DNA from: a bacterium
GTDB lineage: Bacteria > Patescibacteriota > Minisyncoccia > Phycocordibacterales > UBA6899
Assembly (NCBI GenBank): GCA_043756865.1
Contig: JAYUQG010000030.1
Coordinates: forward strand, 94,703-158,702
Direction: 5' to 3'
DNA: 64,000 bases
Made by a program: the position numbers and the translations under genes. The notes under the pieces are model-generated. The model searched no databases and had not been told where the DNA came from. It was given only the letters and a program-made list of their open reading frames with translations. Positions 10,701-17,664 of the stretch are shown piece by piece; the first letter of the stretch is position 1; each line of letters opens with the position of its first letter.

Positions 10701-10877
10701 AAACTTCTTTTTTGAATAATCACTGATTGGTGAAAACTCTTGGAAGAGTTCTTTCAAACCTTCCGCAACCAACCAATCGTATGAGCGCTTCTGCATCTCA
10801 ACGAGGTTTGGCATCTCTGCCAACGGCTCCTTGTAGCGCGCAAAAAACTTCTTCGTTATTGCCTCCATAAATAACAA
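7701..10877 (-). CDS. rpoB: DNA-directed RNA polymerase subunit beta (compact, 1058 aa)
   Basis: Contains the conserved blocks [39 protein letters not shown]...-like RpoB signature, [12 protein letters not shown] and [18 protein letters not shown]. Immediately upstream of rpoC. Confidence 0.95.
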   Translation of the reverse strand: [1058 protein letters not shown]

Positions 10878-11107
10878 GTCTAGTAACTAGTAAAAAGTTC
10901 TCGTAAGTAGTGAGAAAATGCCCACATGCACCCACAAGCGAATTCCTCCGAAACCAAAGTACTAAAAAATGCGCAAAAACACGGACTCTTTCAAGAGTTA
11001 GTGTCTGTTTATCCTCCGAACTTATAAATAGATGCGCTGCATGCGCAATTTGAGTGGTCTACTAAGGGTTATCCGCCAATAACTCAATCAGGCCGTTAGT
11101 GAAAAAC

Positions 11108-11136
11108 AGTATAAATCAAGGCTTTAAGGGTGTCAA
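11108..11136 (-). promoter_or_regulatory. Candidate sigma-70 promoter for rpoB-rpoC (TTGACA-N17-TATACT)
   Basis: Reverse complement of 11131-11136 is TTGACA and of 11108-11113 is TATACT, separated by 17 nt. This would give rpoB a leader of roughly 220 nt. Confidence 0.5.
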
Positions 11137-11337
11137 TTGGTACTCTTATCACTGGGGATAAGCAAGTGGAAAAGATGGGGACAACAACCACAACCTCGGA
11201 AGGGCAACGATCGGCTCCCTGCGGGCACCGCCGACTGCTCGGACAATTGATACATCAGAATGGGGACTGAGCCAATAGACCAGTGCGAGGCCTTTTCGGG
11301 GGAAGGAAAACTGTGCCTTTGAGGCAATCTTTTGTGC

Positions 11338-11366
11338 TTGACTACTAGGTCTTTAAATGGTACAAT
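11338..11366 (+). promoter_or_regulatory. Candidate sigma-70 promoter (TTGACT-N17-TACAAT)
   Basis: TTGACT at 11338-11343 and TACAAT at 11361-11366. Followed by the RBS GGAG at 11404-11407 and the ATG at 11414. Confidence 0.5.
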
Positions 11367-11413
11367 TTATATGTAGTTTTCTGTCACTTGTCACCTCTTT
11401 TCTGGAGAAATCG

Positions 11414-11800
11414 ATGCCCACGAAAACCGAACTAATCGCGCAGGTGAATCAAGAGTTTCCCCGAGACTGGCCCAAGATCGTCGAAATGAACCCGCGCAGT
11501 CGCCTTCCGAACTGGACGACGTTCACCACACTCGTCACCCTTGATACTGGGGAAGTGAGCCACGAGTACGGAACCGAAGTCGAGATTAACGCTCGTTTTC
11601 AGAAGGCTAGTGAAGAGCCCTACGAACTTCGTGGAATGTTTTTCCAAAACCATCACGACTCAGGGGTTCATTTCACAAGCAACCCGGGGGCATTCCCTGG
11701 AACGCAAGAGGAGGCAATCCTCAGCCACCTCTTCGGAAACATCTTCTATGGCAACGGAGGGCCTACAGGCCCCGAGCTGTGGAAGTCCCTCGCCGACTAA
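11414..11800 (+). CDS. Hypothetical protein, 128 aa
   Basis: ORF-track frame 11357..11800, trimmed to the ATG at 11414 (MPTKTELIAQVNQEF...) because the RBS GGAG sits 6 nt upstream. No recognisable family. Followed by a perfect terminator. Confidence 0.5.
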   Translation: MPTKTELIAQVNQEFPRDWPKIVEMNPRSRLPNWTTFTTLVTLDTGEVSHEYGTEVEINARFQKASEEPYELRGMFFQNHHDSGVHFTSNPGAFPGTQEEAILSHLFGNIFYGNGGPTGPELWKSLAD

Positions 11801-11817
11801 CACGACTTGCTCACACC

Positions 11818-11853
11818 AGCCCCAGCGCACACGCGCTGGGGCATTTTATTTTC
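11818..11853 (+). terminator. Rho-independent terminator
   Basis: CCCCAGCGC (11820-11828), loop ACAC, GCGCTGGGG (11833-11841), then cATTTTATTTT. Confidence 0.8.
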
Positions 11854-12007
11854 TAAAAGTTTGAATAGGAAATAATGGATATAGGAATATAGGCCATTAC
11901 GAGGCATTGACTTTTCTATATATATGTGACATACTTTTAAGGTCTGATCTAAACGGTCGGATTTGGTGGGAATGTCTCCCGTCAATGTCCTTATACAGGA
12001 GAGAATG

Positions 12008-12376
12008 ATGAGTCAAAATCAAATGAGCATGGGTTGCTCGCGATCAACCGCAATTGCGGTGGTGAACGCACTGGTTGTGCACCTCAAGTTCGGACACTTC
12101 GTGTCCATGTACGAGTGGATCCAAGGGTACCCCCTGCGGATCGAACACGGCATTGTCCAGGAAGATATCACCTTCCGCACGAACACTGGTGTCCGTATGC
12201 ATGCGGAGTGCACTGTGCTCGAGGGAGATCGCATCGGAGCTACCGATTTCCCTGTTGGAAGAATTGTGGTCGCACTCAGAAGCGATCGCTTCTCGACCGA
12301 GGAGGCTCGTTACTTCGATTGCTCTTTCACTGAAGTGGGCATCAAGATCACCGACCTCGACAAGTGGCCGTTCTGA
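12008..12376 (+). CDS. Hypothetical protein, 123 aa
   Basis: ORF-track frame 11963..12376, trimmed to the second ATG at 12008 (MSQNQMSMGCS...). AGGAG at 11997-12001 gives 6-nt spacing to that ATG. Followed by a terminator with nearly the same stem as the previous one. Confidence 0.45.
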   Translation: MSQNQMSMGCSRSTAIAVVNALVVHLKFGHFVSMYEWIQGYPLRIEHGIVQEDITFRTNTGVRMHAECTVLEGDRIGATDFPVGRIVVALRSDRFSTEEARYFDCSFTEVGIKITDLDKWPF

Positions 12377-12391
12377 CCTAACTGCCCACCC

Positions 12392-12428
12392 GCCCCAGCG
12401 TTCGCGCTGGGGCTTTTTATTTTTTATT
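12392..12428 (+). terminator. Rho-independent terminator
   Basis: GCCCCAGCG (12392-12400), loop TTC, CGCTGGGGC (12404-12412), then TTTTTATTTTTT. Confidence 0.8.
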
Positions 12429-12463
12429 TCTTAGTTTGGAAATGCCTAAATCTTTGCAGATTA

Positions 12464-12721
12464 TTATTTTTTATAGACCCCTTGCCGATGGTCGATATCG
12501 ATCACGATGACGACGAGTTGACTCTTCTCAATGCGATATATAATACGATATGGCCAGACGCGTACTGAATACTGGCCCTTTTTCTTTCCGGTTAACTTCT
12601 TGCCCCAAAAAGGCTCCTTTTGTATTTCTCGGAGTGCATAAACGATCTTCAGACAAAGCGCCTCATCAAAATTATCGAGTGCTTTTTCTGCTTTTCTTGT
12701 GAGACGAAGCTGGAATTCCAT
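12464..12721 (-). CDS. Type II toxin, RelE/ParE family
   Basis: 85 aa. MEFQLRLTRKAEKALDNFDEA...VWPYRIIYRIEKSQLVVIVIDIDHRQGVYKK matches the RelE/ParE pattern (RIIYRI...V.IL.IGHR...Y). Adjacent to a Phd/YefM-like gene. Confidence 0.7.
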   Translation of the reverse strand: MEFQLRLTRKAEKALDNFDEALCLKIVYALREIQKEPFWGKKLTGKKKGQYSVRVWPYRIIYRIEKSQLVVIVIDIDHRQGVYKK

Positions 12722-13034
12722 TTATTTTCTTTTTACTAACGGCCGAAGTAATTCCAAATTTTTTTTCGACATCCTCGAGTGTCGAATACTTCTTCCACGC
12801 TCCCGTCTTCAGTGCTTTTTTTACTTCGGCAATATCCTTATCGAGGTTTGGGAAAATTCGCTCGACTTCCATCGTCTCGACCATCGACTCGTATTCTTCG
12901 GCAGACATCACCACAAGAGAGGGCTTCCCTTTTTCTGTGAGCGTAAAATAGACCCCCGGCGTCTGGGCTTTTCGGGCAAGTTCGAAAATATTCTTCCTCG
13001 CCTCAGTGATCGACATTGTGCGTGATGAATCCAT
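12672..13034 (-). CDS. Type II antitoxin, Phd/YefM family, as read from the sequence given (120 aa; overlaps the toxin by 50 nt)
   Basis: ORF-track frame 12672..13118, trimmed to the ATG at 13032-13034 (MDSSRTMSITEARKNIFELARKAQTPGVYFTLTEKGKPSLVVMSAEEYESMVETMEV = YefM fold). A T8 run at 12759-12766 lies in the C-terminal tail. One fewer T would end the ORF at a TAA directly abutting the toxin ATG (see findings). Confidence 0.65.
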   Translation of the reverse strand: MDSSRTMSITEARKNIFELARKAQTPGVYFTLTEKGKPSLVVMSAEEYESMVETMEVERIFPNLDKDIAEVKKALKTGAWKKYSTLEDVEKKFGITSAVSKKKINGIPASSHKKSRKSTR

Positions 13035-13042
13035 ATGTGTAC

Positions 13043-13072
13043 ATAATAACGTACATATGAATTTCCTGTCAA
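13043..13072 (-). promoter_or_regulatory. Candidate TA promoter (TTGACA-N18-TATTAT) overlapping TGTACA repeats, a possible operator
   Basis: Reverse complement of 13067-13072 is TTGACA and of 13043-13048 is TATTAT. TGTACAT...GTACATATG repeats overlap the -10 region. The predicted TSS falls at about the antitoxin ATG, i.e. leaderless. Confidence 0.4.
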
Positions 13073-13176
13073 GAATCCCCAGTTGTTGGCTATTACCAAA
13101 GTGGTTGACAAAATGCAATTTTTCTGTCTAATGAGTATAGCAGTTTCTCAGTTCATCTCATCAAACGGAGGTAACC

Positions 13177-14403
13177 GTGTTCAACAAACTTCACTCTTCC
13201 CTGATGCGTGCCTTGCGCTACGGTGCGCTCGCGCTCTCTGCTTCACTTGGTGCAGGCGCACTCGCATCCCCCATCACCCCTATTGAGGTGGAGGAATTCT
13301 TTGTTCGCTACATGGCGAACGGCAGAAGCAATGTCGAGATGCAGTACACCCTCGCGGAATCTGACGCGCATGCGAGTGGCGAACACAATGATGACCGTGT
13401 GCACATGAGCACTGTCTCGTTGTACGAAGTACCTCCGAAAATGAAGCTCGAGTCCGAGTTGCTCAAGGAGCTGGCAAAGCGTTGGGTTTTCATCCACGAG
13501 TCGGAGCATGCGCTCATCCTTCCCTATCTCAGCCCGAGAAAGCCGCGGGATGACGCACATATCGGCGTGTGGACGCAGTTTCGCCTTATCCAGCAGACGC
13601 ACGAAAATGCGGCTGATGCGCGTGCTATCGCACGCATCTGGAAAAAAGACGGGAGTGCAGGTGCACGTGCACTCGCAGATGCGGTCATCGCTTTCAGAGA
13701 CGGTGACGGAGCTGGGCACCAGACCCAGTGTGCAATCAGGGAAATCATTGCGACGCTTGGAGAGCGTCCAGAGCTCGTCGCGAGCGACGCGGATGAATTC
13801 CGATACGTCCTCGATGTCGCGGAGCGTTGTGCACAAGAGACCGCAAGTCGACTCCTTGCCAACAGTGTGGGTGCGGAGGCCGCGCGCGCAATCATGCAAA
13901 TACCCGCCGTCATCCAAACGATTGCGAACATTCATACGGCACTCGCGCGGGTTGTGAGTGACTATGAATCGGGGCGTTTTCAAAATAACGCCGCAACGAT
14001 TCGTTTCGCCAGCACAGACGGCAAATCGACCGTGCGTGACTATCACTTCTATGTGCATGCTGATGGTGCGATCACCCGAGACACCGTGCTCGGTGGTGAG
14101 GGCGCACGAGGCAAGCAAGAACTTTTGGAAGCCATGAGTGCACCGAGCTCTCCCGAACGATTCTTCGCAATCGAAGGAGTGAAGAAGATTGGCGAGGTGA
14201 CACGTGACAAACTGAAGGATACGGAAATTGTCTTCACGCGATTCGTGAACACATTCGCCGGCACGTCTCCCGAGCGCCGTGCACGCGCGTTCGGAATCAT
14301 CGCCAATGTCATCGTGAGTATCGATGGACGACATCCGATTGGGGCGCTGTATACCGAGGTGAACCGACGGCTCATGTTTGAACTGGGATATCCCATTCAG
14401 TAA
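13177..14403 (+). CDS. Secreted hypothetical protein (signal peptide), 408 aa
   Basis: GTG start with GGAGG 5 nt upstream. N-terminus MFNKLHSSLMRALRYGALALSASLGAGALASPITP is signal-peptide-like. GC-rich. The antisense 483-aa ORF 13243..14694 is Cys/Arg-rich and is treated as a shadow ORF. Confidence 0.6.
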   Translation: MFNKLHSSLMRALRYGALALSASLGAGALASPITPIEVEEFFVRYMANGRSNVEMQYTLAESDAHASGEHNDDRVHMSTVSLYEVPPKMKLESELLKELAKRWVFIHESEHALILPYLSPRKPRDDAHIGVWTQFRLIQQTHENAADARAIARIWKKDGSAGARALADAVIAFRDGDGAGHQTQCAIREIIATLGERPELVASDADEFRYVLDVAERCAQETASRLLANSVGAEAARAIMQIPAVIQTIANIHTALARVVSDYESGRFQNNAATIRFASTDGKSTVRDYHFYVHADGAITRDTVLGGEGARGKQELLEAMSAPSSPERFFAIEGVKKIGEVTRDKLKDTEIVFTRFVNTFAGTSPERRARAFGIIANVIVSIDGRHPIGALYTEVNRRLMFELGYPIQ

Positions 14404-14423
14404 CGTGCACAGGTAAAACACAC

Positions 14424-14450
14424 AACCGCCCCATTGGGGTGGTTTTATTA
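14424..14450 (+). terminator. Rho-independent terminator
   Basis: AACCGCCCC (14424-14432), loop ATT, GGGGTGGTT (14436-14444), then TTTTATTATT. Confidence 0.7.
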
Positions 14451-14464
14451 TTGTGCACTGCCTT

Positions 14465-15352
14465 TTATTGAAACGTAACTTCTTTGGGAATTGTGCCCGT
14501 GTATACCGCACCTTCTTTGTAGTAGTTGTTTTTGTCTTTAGCAAAGCCCGGATCGAGCATTGAATCAAAAAGACGAACATAGGTATCCGTGGTGGCAGTC
14601 CAAACTTGAAAAGTTGCAGGGTCTGCTTCCATAAGTACACGTACAGTCCCTGCGAGATTACTATAGTAGTACACGCGCTGGTTGTCCTTCGCATAGTTTC
14701 CTCCGCTCAATTGAAATGACTTTACATCGCCGTTGTGAAAAACTTCACTGGCGAGATAGATTGCTCTTTTGTCTTTCGCTAGACCGGCAACTCCGATACC
14801 ATCCTCGTCACCAAGTGCGCCATCAATTGAGGTGAAGGTTCCGGCATCAGCATCTCTCATGAGTTGGTCGCCGCAGTACACTTTGCCTTCCGTCACACGA
14901 TATGACACACGCACTCCGTTGCCGCTTTGCCAACATGAGCCCAGCGTTTTTGTATCAAGTGGCACCACTTCGGTTCCTGCGGTGGCACACGAAAGTATGA
15001 GTGCATATTCGGGAACTATTTGCGTAATTGTTCCGCGAAGGCGAACTGCGTCCCCTACGCGTAGCGTGGACTCCACGCAACTCACATCATTGTCTATCCG
15101 CACTGATGCGATGCCATGCAACTGCTCGGGTATGGTGAATGCATAACCCGTCTGACACACGTCTCCACCACCACACTCGCGTAGGTATTCGTGTACCTTG
15201 GCAATGACATCGAGCTGCTCCAACTTTGGTTTCGAGTTAGCGTCGGGAATCGTAATCGAGAGGTAGATGAACAATACGAGCAACACGAAAATAAGTACCG
15301 CTCCGAATTTAAGGAGTCGGACCTGCAGTTTCTGAGTGTCGGTTAATTCCAT
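14465..15352 (-). CDS. Membrane-anchored protein with DKNYY-type repeats
   Basis: N-terminal transmembrane helix (LLKFGAVLIFVLLVLFIYLSI). Repeated motifs AKDKRAIYLASEV, AKDNQRVYYYSNL and AKDKNNYYKEGAVY resemble the DKNYY repeat family. Confidence 0.55.
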   Translation of the reverse strand: MELTDTQKLQVRLLKFGAVLIFVLLVLFIYLSITIPDANSKPKLEQLDVIAKVHEYLRECGGGDVCQTGYAFTIPEQLHGIASVRIDNDVSCVESTLRVGDAVRLRGTITQIVPEYALILSCATAGTEVVPLDTKTLGSCWQSGNGVRVSYRVTEGKVYCGDQLMRDADAGTFTSIDGALGDEDGIGVAGLAKDKRAIYLASEVFHNGDVKSFQLSGGNYAKDNQRVYYYSNLAGTVRVLMEADPATFQVWTATTDTYVRLFDSMLDPGFAKDKNNYYKEGAVYTGTIPKEVTFQ

Positions 15353-15484
15353 TTTTTAAGTATAACATTCCCCCTTCAGATAACTGCCGTATATTGTTGA
15401 CAAAATTAATAAATATGATAAAAAACGAACTAGCTTTCCCTCTATATTGGGAAATGTCCCTCGTAACAACTGAAGGAGTCCAAC

Positions 15485-15919
15485 TTGGCAAATATCGCAA
15501 TCAACGGCGCAGTGCGCATTGGCAATAGTCTCATGATCAAAGGAGACCGACTGTTCGTCGACGGTGTCGATGTGACACCAGAAGCGAAGGCCATCAACAT
15601 TGTTGTGCATGGTCACATCGAGAAGCTCGACGTGAACGTCGGCCTCTGCAGGTACGTTGAAATGACGGGCGACAGCGGCAGCGTCAGCACCGGCAGTGGA
15701 GATGTGCGCTTAACGGGAAACGTGAACGGTCCCGTGAAAACCGAACAAGGCGATGTCTCTGTCTCAGGCATGGTGACCGGCTCGGTCAAGACTGAGCAAG
15801 GTGAAATCACCTGCGGCAACGTCGGTGGTGATGTGGAAACCAGCATGGGTGAAGTCACTTGCGGTAACGTGAACGGAAACGTGAAGACCGGCATGGGCGA
15901 CATCTCGTATCGCAAGTAA
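15485..15919 (+). CDS. Beta-helical repeat protein, bactofilin-like / polymer-forming cytoskeletal family (tentative)
   Basis: TTG start at 15485 with GAAGGAG at 15472-15478. Periodic G-V-x-G motifs: VSTGSGDVRLTGNVNGPVKTEQGDVSVSGMVTGSVKTEQGEITCGNVGGDVETSMGEVTCGNVNGNVKTGMGDI. Confidence 0.4.
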   Translation: MANIAINGAVRIGNSLMIKGDRLFVDGVDVTPEAKAINIVVHGHIEKLDVNVGLCRYVEMTGDSGSVSTGSGDVRLTGNVNGPVKTEQGDVSVSGMVTGSVKTEQGEITCGNVGGDVETSMGEVTCGNVNGNVKTGMGDISYRK

Positions 15920-15951
15920 AAGACCCCGCGGCGGGCCGCGAGGAATTCAAC

Positions 15952-16100
15952 CTTTGTCCACGTCGTCACTCGGTCGAAGAACAAATGCAGACATTTGCTC
16001 CCCTTCCTCGTTAGACGTAGTACAAAATACTTTGTCCACGTCGTCACTCGGTCGAAGAACAAATGCAGACATTTGCTCCCCTTCCTCGTTAGACGTAGTA
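15952..16100 (+). repeat. Perfect tandem duplication: two 71-bp units (15952-16022 and 16030-16100) separated by a 7-bp spacer
   Basis: Unit sequence: ctttgtccacgtcgtcactcggtcgaagaacaaatgcagacatttgctccccttcctcgttagacgtagta. Each unit contains the hairpin CAAATG-caga-CATTTG. It lies between the bactofilin-like gene stop and the terminator at 16117-16147. Confidence 0.85.
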
Positions 16101-16116
16101 ACGACAACAGTCGTAG

Positions 16117-16147
16117 AACACTTGGCTTCGGCCAAGTGTTTTTATTC
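16117..16147 (+). terminator. Rho-independent terminator
   Basis: ACACTTGGC (16118-16126), tetraloop TTCG, GCCAAGTGT (16131-16139), then TTTTTATT. Confidence 0.85.
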
Positions 16148-16190
16148 GCAGAAAAAATGCAGAAAAATATTGACATACATCATTTTTTCT

Positions 16191-16210
16191 GTTTCTGTAG
16201 GAACAGAAAC
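16191..16210. promoter_or_regulatory. Palindromic candidate operator: GTTTCTG-taggaa-CAGAAAC
   Basis: A 7-bp perfect inverted repeat, located 18 nt downstream of a TTGACA at 16170-16175 and 21 nt upstream of the ATG at 16231. Confidence 0.4.
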
Positions 16211-16230
16211 GATTGGCTACTGGAGCATGC

Positions 16231-17514
16231 ATGTTGCTTGATTTCATTCGAAAATACCGCCCCGACGCGATGCGCAACGGATTTATTTATCCGTGTTACG
16301 AAAACTTCAGTTTTGCAAATATTCCGAATTCCATACTTGCAGAGCTCGGTCTTGGTGGCGAAAATTCCTTCTCAGAAGTCTTCAGGTGCGCAGGTGTTCC
16401 GACATCTAGCGCAAAGAAAATTGTGCTCTTCCTCGTTGATGGTTTCGGCTACACGCAATTCCTCCGTTATGCAGATGAGCATCCATTCCTGAAGTCACTC
16501 CTCGAGCGCGGAGTTGTTGCATCGGCGACCGCAGTATTCCCGTCCACCACGGCGGCTGCGCTCACCTCGATACACAGCGGTCTCACGCCAAGAGAACACG
16601 GGCTTCCGGAATGGCTTGTGTATTTCGAAGAAGTCGGCGAGCTCGTCAACACGCTCCCGTTTCAAACAAAGCTTCGAGAACGCATGCACAGACTCGATGG
16701 AGTGCCGCCTTCGATGCTCTTTTCCAATCAGACTATTTACGAAAAGCTTGCCGAAAGTGGCATCCCCTCGTTTGTGCTTGATCATGCCGACCATAAAGGT
16801 ACCGCGTACTCGAATGTGGTGACCCGCGGAAGTAGTACGATGCATTACACCAACCTGCCGATGCTTTTTAGAAAATTGCGTGCACACCTTGCGAGCGCAC
16901 CAACCCCTTCGTATACCTATGTGTACTGGGCAGATATCGACGCGGTTGCGCATACGCATGGTCCGCATTCGGGGCAATACAAGAAAGCCCTTGCACACTT
17001 CTTTGGTGGAATGCAAACCGAGTTCATCGAAAAGTGCACGGGACCTCATGCAGATGATGTGACCATCATCGTCACGGCAGACCACGGTCAGGTACGCGTT
17101 GACCCGAAGGCGACTATCTACCTCGACAAGTTCCCCATGGTTGTCGACAATCTCGCGATTGGACCACACGGAGAGCCTATCGCCCCTTGGGGTAGCGCCC
17201 GAGATGTCTTCCTTGCAATACGACAAGGAAAAGTCGGGGGTGTCGTTTCATTTCTTTCTGAAGTGCTACGGGGAAAAGCGACCGTCATGACCACCACTCG
17301 GGCGATGCTCGAGGGACTGTTTGGCAAAGGCACCGTGCATCCGCAATTCTGGTCTCGCATAGGCAACGTGCTCATCATCCCCCATGAACGGAACACCGTG
17401 TGGTTCGAACACATCAAAGGCAAAAAATACCGCATGCCCGGTATCCACGGGGGTTTGCACGAAGACGAGATGCTTGTGCCCGTCGCGGTCGCCAATCTCG
17501 GAGCATTGCGATGA
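16231..17514 (+). CDS. Alkaline-phosphatase-superfamily enzyme, type I phosphodiesterase / nucleotide pyrophosphatase family
   Basis: ORF-track frame 16213..17514, trimmed to the ATG at 16231 (GGAG 5 nt upstream). Metal and nucleophile motifs: LFLVDGFGY, FPSTTAAALTSIHSG, TADHGQ and HGGLHEDE. Confidence 0.7.
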   Translation: MLLDFIRKYRPDAMRNGFIYPCYENFSFANIPNSILAELGLGGENSFSEVFRCAGVPTSSAKKIVLFLVDGFGYTQFLRYADEHPFLKSLLERGVVASATAVFPSTTAAALTSIHSGLTPREHGLPEWLVYFEEVGELVNTLPFQTKLRERMHRLDGVPPSMLFSNQTIYEKLAESGIPSFVLDHADHKGTAYSNVVTRGSSTMHYTNLPMLFRKLRAHLASAPTPSYTYVYWADIDAVAHTHGPHSGQYKKALAHFFGGMQTEFIEKCTGPHADDVTIIVTADHGQVRVDPKATIYLDKFPMVVDNLAIGPHGEPIAPWGSARDVFLAIRQGKVGGVVSFLSEVLRGKATVMTTTRAMLEGLFGKGTVHPQFWSRIGNVLIIPHERNTVWFEHIKGKKYRMPGIHGGLHEDEMLVPVAVANLGALR

Positions 17515-17535
17515 ATTCATGTGCGTAGTGAAAGA

Positions 17536-17562
17536 CAAACCGCCTCTTCAGGGCGGTTTTTT
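17536..17562 (+). terminator. Rho-independent terminator
   Basis: AAACCGCC (17536-17543), loop TCTTCAG, GGCGGTTT (17551-17558), then TTTTTGTATT. Confidence 0.8.
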
Positions 17563-17589
17563 GTATTCACGTGCGAAGCACCTGAAGTA

Positions 17590-17660
17590 ACGCGTAGCAC
17601 CCGCATTGGCGCAAAGCGCCCGAGAGAGCAGGTCTTCTTGCGACAACGCCAGATAGCGGT
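17590..17660 (-). repeat. REP-like GC-rich palindromic repeat, copy a (inverted orientation)
   Basis: Its reverse complement is ccgctatctggcgttgtcgcaagaagacctgctctctcgggcgctttgcgccaatgcgggtgctacgcgt, which is homologous to copy b (18246-18317) and to copies c-f. Confidence 0.7.
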
Positions 17661-17664
17661 TTTT

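Noticed and set aside
11140-11335. Identification of SRP RNA, RNase P, tmRNA or a tRNA in the GC-rich island
   Set aside because: A GGAAGGAAAAC stretch loosely resembles SRP domain IV. However the conserved GUCAGGUCCGGAAGGAAGCAGC motif, the tRNA T-loop and the RNase P core motifs are not present.
13243-14694. 483-aa minus-strand ORF
   Set aside because: The composition is Cys/Arg/Trp-rich. It lies antisense to the GC-rich secreted-protein gene, which has a signal peptide and an RBS. Treated as a shadow ORF.
15952-16100. CRISPR array
   Set aside because: Only two repeat units of 71 bp with a 7-bp spacer, and no cas genes.
15613-16241. ORFs spanning the 71-bp tandem repeats: 15613..16176 on the minus strand, and 15954..16241 and 15995..16492 on the plus strand
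   Set aside because: They run through a strong terminator or antisense to the bactofilin-like gene. Their internal repeats only reflect the DNA duplication.
16495-17226. 243-aa minus-strand ORF
   Set aside because: It is antisense to the phosphodiesterase gene, whose metal-ligand motifs are intact.
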